A DNA stretch of 64,000 nucleotides from Catajapyx aquilonaris (Eukaryota), in assembly GCA_000934665.2 (NCBI GenBank), contig KZ537971.1, positions 1 to 64,000 on the forward strand, read 5' to 3'. Below the pieces are notes generated by a model, which was not told the DNA's origin, searched no databases, and worked only from the letters and a program-made list of their open reading frames with translations. Positions 38,897 to 64,000 of this stretch are shown here, piece by piece. How positions within the stretch are numbered: the stretch's first letter is position 1; every line of letters begins with the position of its first letter. The position numbers were made by a program, and so were the translations under genes.

Positions 38897-41401
38897 ATGG
38901 GGTCGTGGGTTTGTGTGGTATGGCTGCTGCTGGTTGCGAAGGATGGTGCGTCGCAAGTGACCACCGAGAGTACGGAGTCTGGGCAGGTTCAGCGCTGTCC
39001 GCCCATGAGTTTCTGTATTGCGAGGATTAATTGTCCTAAGGATACGAACATCGTGTACGACGCCAAATCTGTCATACAGGGACCTCGGGAACAAGTGAGT
39101 TATTGGGTTTGCTAATTGGGGCGGTTGCGATTAATATTAGGGCCAATTTGCAGTTCGCTTGCGGTACTCTGGATACGTTGGACTTTGTGTGCTGCCGAAT
39201 TACGCAACAGCAGGTCATCCAGGGGGGTGTCCAAGCACGACAGTTTTTCGGAGGTCAAATGCAGACAAATATGGCCGGAAGCAACTCGTTGATGGTGCAG
39301 CCCATCAGGCCTGGGAATCAAATGGTTCGCAGGCAGATCTCGATGCCTATGGGTGGTGGTAAGCATTGCTATTTTTGAACATGAAAGGTCAGTCACCAGT
39401 TACTGAGTGACCTTTTCAGATATGAACCAGCAAGGTTTTCAACCAATGGACAGCTTCCAGAGGCCAGTGGTTCAGCAGGGGCAGCACAGGATGGGCCGCC
39501 AACTGGAATTCCAGCAACAGCCTCAGTTTTTTGACATGTGAGTAGAATTCCATCCATACTTATAGCAACATGTTAATTGTCTCGACATTCCAGGTTTGGT
39601 CAACCGACACAACCAATGGGTATGAACGGGCCTCAAATGCAGCCAAATCAGCAGCAATTCGTGAATCGCCAGCAGAAAGGATTCGCGGCTCCAGGACAGT
39701 CCTTTCAACGCTTGGACCAATTCCAGCCACCGCAGCAGCAATTTCCAGACAGGCAGTTCCAGCAACAGCAACCGGACCAGTTCAACCAATTTTCTCAGCA
39801 GCCACAATTCCCTGGTCAATTCTCTCAGCAGCCCCAACAATTTCCAGGCCAATTTCAAGATTCACAGCAGTTTCCAGGTCAGCAATCGCAGAGCTTCCAA
39901 CAGTTCCCTGGACAACAGCCCCCGGGTTTCCAGCAGTTTCCTGGACAACAGCCTCAGAATTTCCAGCAGTTCCAGGGACAACCACCTGAATCATTCCCAG
40001 GTCAACAACAGTTTCAGCCTAGGCCCCCATTTCAACAACCAATATTGGACCGACAAGACTTCACAAGGTACGGCTTAACATGCGGAAATGCAATGTTCGA
40101 AGTGTGACAGTGATGGAACTGAACACCAAGAAGTGATGTAATGCTATTCTTAACCTGACAGGTTTCCAGAATGTGGCATGACTCTGACGCCAATTAATAA
40201 TACTGGGGAGCAGTCGGATAAGACAGGGTTTGGTGACATGCCCTGGATGGTAGGTAACAATCAATTTGAATCTTTCATGATTCTAAAATGTATTATGGTT
40301 CCAGGCGGCCATATTCCTACGGGATCGTTCTTTGGATGCTACAGATAATAGCAGTGCTTCAACCCGTGGATGGGTATTCAAGTGCTCGGCTGTTCTCATC
40401 CATCCCCAACTACTGCTGACAACAGCCAGTTGCGTCTTTCGTAAGTAAGCGTTTAATTAGTCACATTTGTGGTTTCAAAACTCCCTCGTTACAGCTGCTC
40501 CGTCTGTTGAAACTCGCGTTCGCTTGGGTGACTCAAATATCAACTCCATGCAGGAACCATTCCCAGCCATTGACAGAAGGATCACTAATGTATTCATCCA
40601 TGAAGGTACTGACCATACACATTATTCATAGAACTTTTGAATTCAACTTCTGATTTTCAGAATTTAATGACCCTCAACCTGGAAGCAATGACTTGGCTAT
40701 TGTCGAGTTGGATTCCCCAGTCCTTCCATCAATCTCGCCTGCAATCAACACAATATGCTTGACTCGTGAGGTTGTTGAATGGAAAAATAGCCAGTGTGTC
40801 AATGCTGGGTGGAATTACACTGCTTCAAACTCAACTCCTAATGAGGTAGTAGGTTAACTTTGGGGCATCTAGATTATGCTTGCATTGTGAATCTCATATC
40901 GTTGCAGGATGCGTCACTCAGAAAATCACGGGTTCAGCTGGAATGGGGCTCGGGTTCTACCTGTAGTGAGAGACTTAAACAGAAGCAAATCCAATGGGTG
41001 CAGGGGACACACTGCATGGTCCTCACAAATTCAACTACATGCCTAGTAAGAATGACAAACCATGCTAACCAGGAAACATATTTCATGATGCATCTTTCCA
41101 GAGTGATCGTGGCAGTGGTATCTTCTGCAAGGCACCACCTATTTCAAACCCTCAAGGAGTGATGCTCTCAAAGTACTTCTTAGCAGCTGTGGCTGTGCAA
41201 CCACCTTCATGCCCAAGTGATGCTGAGCCAACTGGACTGGCAGAGGAAACCTTTCCTCACATGGGCTGGGTCCTCAATGTGCTCAGCCTCTTTCCACGGT
41301 ACCCAAATGTGCAGCCAGTTACTGTATCTGACACAGTATTGCAGCAGCAGTTCAGTAGGGAGGCAGACAGATTTGTAGATGGTCCTCAATCTGGATTCTA
41401 A
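38897..41401 (+). CDS. Secreted clip-domain serine protease homologue (non-catalytic, PPAF-II/masquerade-like), 10 exons, ~650 aa
   Basis: Exons 38897-39094, 39154-39358, 39420-39537, 39594-40067, 40162-40249, 40305-40440, 40495-40605, 40661-40845, 40908-41045, 41102-41401, all phase-consistent. Hydrophobic N-terminus, clip Cys pattern C-x5-C-x5-C...C-x9-CC, and trypsin-fold motifs 'FGDMPWM', 'CSAVLIHPQLLLTTASC', 'NDLAIVEL', 'INTICL', 'CVNAGW', 'CLSDRGSGIFC'. AATAAA at 41409. Confidence 0.88.
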
Positions 41402-41753
41402 GTTGATTAATAAATGTTGACCCCCTGAGATTATAAGTGTGCATCTTTGAAGATCCCTCACCTAAAGTCCTAAATCCATGACTCCTTACTACAATTCGTC
41501 AACATTTCAGTCAGTCAGTTTGTTTGTTGCATCCTCACAAGCTGGGTATGAACCTAGTTACCCTGAGAACTCAGAATGGCAAACTGACATATAATTTTTG
41601 ATGGGGAAATTTGAAACCCTTTAAGTCCCCTAATCATGAAGATTTGTGTTGTGGCCTGCAATAATTGAAAAATTGTAATCCTGATACTTCAAAAACCCAA
41701 GAAAATGCATTGAGACTGGCATGATTGGACTCAGCGTGTTGAAGCATGAAATT

Positions 41754-41914
41754 GGACCTGTATACTGGACCCCGACATCTCGAGGATGCGACTCTGCGTG
41801 ACGTCAAAATGACGTATGCAGATCAATCCGGGGCAGGGGAGGCACCCAGCCTACGTCATTTTGATGTCACGCAGAGTCGCATCCTCAAGACGTCGGGGTC
41901 CAGTATACAGGTCC
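41754..41914. mobile_element. Short palindromic MITE (~160 bp)
   Basis: ~63-bp near-perfect arms, ggacctgtatactggaccccgac...gacgta and tacgtc...gtcggggtccagtatacaggtcc. Confidence 0.75.
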
Positions 41915-42327
41915 TGCAGAGAATGACTTTCCCATCCACAGTAATAGCATGGCACAACCTCAACATTGGTCCTTGACAAACTGTACATAACTTAGCATAC
42001 ATTCTTATTGGTAAGAAAAGCATGGACACTTATTTCCCCTTGAAGCATGGAACTCAATGGAAAAATTTTGCTGCACATCAATGGGAAAACCTACGGTTAA
42101 CAAGTTTATGTAGAAAATATTGTTTTCACTAAGTTTGGTGCTTAGATGAATGGGTTTCCTGCCAACTTTAAAGCAAAATAGAACCCCTATCATTCTCCAT
42201 GTGCTTGTTGCAAAGCAAACTGCTTTTCTTAACCCATTTGCTAACAGATAGGCCCAAACCATGTAGATTAAGCATACTCCAAAGATACGGACAAGATATT
42301 TTACAAATAATTACAATACTTATCACG

Positions 42328-43092
42328 TTTATGACTCGTGGGAAATCGCATAGTGTCCAGAATGGCTTGAAGTATTAGAATACCAATTCTTGTTTGAATA
42401 TTCCACAATCCCAGGCGACGGTGACACCAGAAGTAGACCTAGGTTCATATTCACCTACGCTTTGCCTCAGCATTGAGGTTTCGCTGCCATTTGAAGATAA
42501 CTGCAATAGAGGATCATGACATGCTAAGAAATGGTGAAGATGTGTCCCACAGCAATGGTACAAAGCATTCAGCAAGGGTCTGTAGTCAGCTTTCAAGGTC
42601 ACAAGTTTGCAGGCTCCCATCAGTTCTTACAGATGAGATCACATGTTCAGTAATATTGTCTGGGAAGATCGTGGCATAATCATCGACGACCTTGCCAGAA
42701 TGATTGGTACCTCCAGTGGTAGTTCCCACACTATTTTTCATTGACCATTTGCACATGTGATGTGTTCGCACCCGATACGATGGGGCTCCAGTCTGTTTAG
42801 TCCAGAGGAGAGAGTTGCAACATCTTCTGGCCTCACATGGTAGCCAGTATCTGCTATTCACAATCTTAGCATGTCATACACCTCTCTGGTTGTTTTATTC
42901 AAATGAAAGCAAAACCTCAACTATGGATATTGGGTCTCACCGCCGACCTCTTGTCAGTGCAGAGATGAATGCAAACCTAGGTATACTTCCGGTGTCACCA
43001 TCGCCTTAGATCATTGAATATTTGAACAAGAATCGGTGTTCCAATACTTCAATCCATACTGGACACCATGCCATTTACCGCAAGTCATGAAC
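42328..43092. mobile_element. Old foldback/TIR element with ~200-bp diverged arms
   Basis: 42328-42540 is a diverged reverse complement of 42860-43092 (e.g. ggtgacaccagaagtagacctaggtt versus aacctaggtatacttccggtgtcacc). Confidence 0.65.
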
Positions 43093-46000
43093 CAATTCTC
43101 TTTGTTACATAAAAAATCAGTCAATTTGTTTTGACTGGCCCTTGTATTTTCAACCTAATTTTAGGTCTCCTGTAATACTGCTAAAATGGTTTATCCGCCC
43201 ATTCTCCTTAATGCCGATGATATGTGAATGAGTGGTCTTAGCTTCACATTAACTGTTAATGGTCCACAAAAGGATTGATTAAAACGTAGATGTGAAAAAA
43301 TTAGTTCTTTGGGCATTACCCAAAAAAGAAGTCATTCTTGCAAGCAATAAGCAAAAAAAAAAAAATCCCTGAGAAGGCCCATTCCGATCAAATTCGGCTG
43401 ATTTCCTGAGGATTTCCTGCACCGTATAAAGTAAAAAATCACCTACATCATGCACCTACAACAGCCGCAAAAAAACCACCTGAAAAAGCCATTGCATATG
43501 CAGCACAAAATTGGTTCTGGCCAAAGTTCAATTATCAGACTTTAATGAGGTTAATGATTCCATGCCAAACTTGAAGGTAGGTTCTGAATGATAAGAACCT
43601 GCACAATATCCACTGATTCAACGTGAGCTCAATTATGAAGCACACTATAATTCTGCTGAAATCTGTTCTTTTCAACCCAAACAGCATCAAACCACATACT
43701 TTGGACCCTTATACTTTTACTACAGTTGTGAAGCCCTCTCTCTTATGAGTGGTGTTCCAGAAACTCCTTGGGATTGTAACCGAAAAAGCATCCCATTTAT
43801 TTGGCTTTCTTTTTTTCTCTTCAAACTGTACACGGCACGTCCAGAAAGGCTATTTTTTGTGGTTAGTCAAGTTCAAACATTTACAAGTTTTCTTCCAAAG
43901 GGAATGGCCACATGAAGACATCTGGTAAATGACAGTAGACGAGGAGGATGCACAAAAAAACCATTTAAACAAAAATTCAGTCCTGCTTAACAGGACTTTA
44001 TTAGGATCCTTCAAAAGGCAGAATAAAGTCTCTCAAAATACCTTTTTCTGAGTTTTCCAGGACCTATGATTACCGTAGATCTAATTGAAGATTTTGGAAT
44101 AGCAGGGGAGGAATATGAAGAGGTAGGAGTCAAGAAAATTGTAAATATCACTAGGTTATTTGCCTCGTCACCTTGAATGCTACCATGTAATTCAAGTAAA
44201 CTCAAATAGAATCAATCTCGTGCCTGATTGTGACAAGTGGACATTTACATGTTATACAATCTACACAAATTTCAACTGAATCAACAGCTGTACACTTTTG
44301 AAGCATTTGTCAAATTCTCATACCTAATATTTTGTTTACAAAAACTATAAGTGTTACTCGTGACTTGATTCTTCCAATGGGCATTGACAAACATTTGACG
44401 TTTTCTCATGATTCCACTGCACATAACTCAGCAAGCAGAGGTTGTGTTGCTTTGGGAGCCAATGAGACTAAAAAGAAGTATTGCTGATGGATAACAAAGA
44501 AGACCTGTTGAGTCCTCTGCCAACTATTCATGCAAATTGGCACTTAATTTGCATGCCTCGCAATGATTAAACTCTGTACTCAACAGGCTCAGGAAAGGGG
44601 AGTTTGGAAGTGTAAATTACAACAACCAACCAAAACATTTAAAACAAAACAGTAATAACCACGAAGACATTGCTGCCCAAACACACGATCATCATCGGTG
44701 TCAACACGTTTTTTTGGGGAGGTAATTAAAAATGGCGATTGGGTTTACTGGGGGTGGGGCAGGGGTAGGGACATTACAAGGGGAGATAAATAGGTTACAT
44801 TTTCCTCCGTCTCCCATATTCCACGCCAATGTTATTAAAAATCATTGTATTTATAATTATTATATATCATTCTGTTTCTATATTATGTATGCACACTACG
44901 GTTGACCTTTCTCTTGGTACTCCTTTTCCCACTGGGTTTCTCACAGCGGAAAATAACATTATAAAAAGGTTGAGACTTGGGTTGTATGCACTGGGTATAA
45001 AGGCAAATTCAAGATGCCATTTGCATCTTAGCTTGTGTGGGGCAAAAAAAAATAGAGTAAAGTAAAACAAAGGCAGCAAATAATGAACTTGAATGGCATC
45101 ACCATTTGGCACAAATAATTCCTGATTTCATCAGAACATGGGGTAGGAACAATCGAGGAAGAAGGGGCAAAATAAAAGCTTATTTGTACTTTGCTGCTGT
45201 GCTACATTAGTGCAAGGCTTACAAGAAGCCTCCTTTTAAAATCCACTCCTCACTTTCTCCTGCCATCTGACCAACATGGGACATGCAAGAAATATATTAA
45301 CAAAAAGTTGTGTAACATTACACAACAACTGCCAGTTGGCAAAAACAAAAGAGTAAAACATATAGCACCAAACAAGCTTTGCAGGTAAACTCTGCAGACA
45401 GGAATTCATTTCTGGTTTCTTCATATAAATGAGTGTAATTAAAGTATTACTACCCAGTTTTGCATGTTTTGTTTCCATGTGCATGCACGCACATTTGGCC
45501 CCATAATAAATTCGGGACGGGTTCTGTCATGGGCAGAGAAAGAATAAACAAAACATTCTATGTAACAACACATGAACACCGCACAATTAAATGACAGGAT
45601 ATTTATTTTACACTCTGCTGTGAAGGAACTGCTAGACCATGTGAATCAAAACTGGTTCACACCTGGATCCACTCTTTGGCTAAAGGTAGTCTAGAGCACA
45701 ATTCCATGCTCTGGCTCTTAGTGAACAAGGTCATTATCTAATAATGATGCCTTGGGGAGCTGTTCGTAGGCTTACTCCAGGGGGTGACTTTGGGGAGGTT
45801 CTCAACAGGGTTATAGGATCTTTCCTGATTGTCTCTGACCATGGCAGTTCTGATATGAATCCACCTTTGGCAAGGTGACCTCTGTGCCCAAGTTCTTCAC
45901 TTCCTGCAGGGGGTTGTGGGAGTTGTGTCTTGTTGAAACTCCTGGCATGATGTGACCATGGTTCTTTGAGCCAATAAGATCTGCCGACAGGTAAAAATGT

Positions 46001-46510
46001 AAAGTGCCCTAGGTCATAAATGGCAACTTGGGTAAAGGTTGCATCTCTGGCCCAGGGCCACAGCTGTCTAAGAACACATTCAGTACAATTTTCAGGCACT
46101 GTGAGAGGTCAAATGTTACCCAATTGGGCTAGTCAGTCCAAATTTGTAGTTTTGCACTGGTAGGTCAGGCAAGCAGATTATGCAGTTCAACATCGGACTA
46201 CCTCTTCAGAAAGGGTGAATTCTACTCAGGTCCAATTATTGTACGTTTTGGCCTAGCAGTTTGTTCATAGCAGAGCAGCAAAAACCACTTTTAATTCTGT
46301 TTTGCTGTGTAGTTTCACTTTTAAAAATTCAACAAATAGGGATAAAGCAGAGGGTTCTTGTCAGGGAAAGATGGGGGAAAAAACCACGGTCTTGTATCAC
46401 ACCCAAGTCTCAGCCTTTTTTCCCCCCTCCCCCTATTATTCCACTTAATTCTGCTTCCCCCGTCCCTGTTGCCACTATTATCCTTCTTCATTTCTCCTTC
46501 CAAACCTTGC

Positions 46511-63337
<16,827 letters not shown>

Positions 63338-63900
63338 GTCTCCTTGGTCCTCCTCCTCCTCCGTCCGGCCGGGTGTCTTCTTCCTGTGCGTGTGTGTGTG
63401 GGTCCTCCTGCACTCCTTTATCCTCCCCCGCTGCAAGAGAGAGAGCGTGTCGGTGCCGTGTGGCAGTCCTTCCCCCTGCGCTCGCAGCCCGCTGTCCCCT
63501 TGCCCTTGCCCGACCTGCCCTGGTTACCAGCGGCCACAGCACCTCCTACTCCCTAGGCCTACCATGAGGCCTCAGACACAACACAAACCCACTGAGCCCC
63601 TCCCCTCACCCCNACTTCGGATTCCGTTCGGACCCCCCTACTCCTCACCTCCCCCCACCTTACCCAACTCCCCCCCACTAGTGCACATCAACAAGACGAC
63701 TGGAAGGAAGGGGTCGACTGGGGGACTGAGGGGTGGGGATTTATAAACACAGCAATATACAGGAAAAATACAAACAGGAGGCAGGCAGGCAGGGGGTCGG
63801 ACAAACAGGGGGTGGGAAATACGGTGGATAATAATAATAAAAAAGAAAAAATAACCTGCGGTCTACGCCATTTCCAGGGAGCAACCGAAAGAGGGCTGCG

Positions 63901-63908
63901 TGACGTCA
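63901..63908. promoter_or_regulatory. CRE palindrome TGACGTCA upstream of FoxK
   Basis: Perfect CRE ~560 bp upstream of the FoxK ATG, next to a GC-rich leader. The motif is common elsewhere in the window, so support is weak. Confidence 0.25.
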
Positions 63909-64000
63909 CTGGACAGTTACATCACGCACGAGGGTACGGTCATGGGGGGAGACATCTTTCATCTAGTAATATCACTATGAGTATCGATATCACATCTCAT

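Overview
Eukaryotic genomic DNA, most likely an arthropod (short GT-AG introns, a clip-domain protease homologue, TTAGG motifs), with a small assembly gap at 55834-55856. Six spliced protein-coding loci can be built with consistent intron phases: part of PARN (-; first exon not found, 3' part outside the window), a QRICH2/C16orf96-like (DUF4795-type) gene with a large repetitive exon (+), two tandem inward-rectifier K+ channel (Kir) paralogues (-), a non-catalytic clip-domain serine protease homologue (+) and FoxK (-). Introns and intergenic DNA carry many non-autonomous TIR elements (Tc1/pogo-like, hAT-like, piggyBac-like, GG-terminal elements with 8-bp TSDs, foldback hairpins) and tRNA-derived SINEs, often nested. 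I found no convincing wholly new biological system. The best leads are: the Kir pair, which differs at the Kir2.1-E224-equivalent rectification site and in intron content; a foldback element with inverted TTAGG arrays; a FoxK intron with a 12-bp direct repeat at both junctions; and the modular collagen-like/WQ-repeat exon of the QRICH2-like gene. All gene models and family assignments come from manual reading and motif recall, not database searches.
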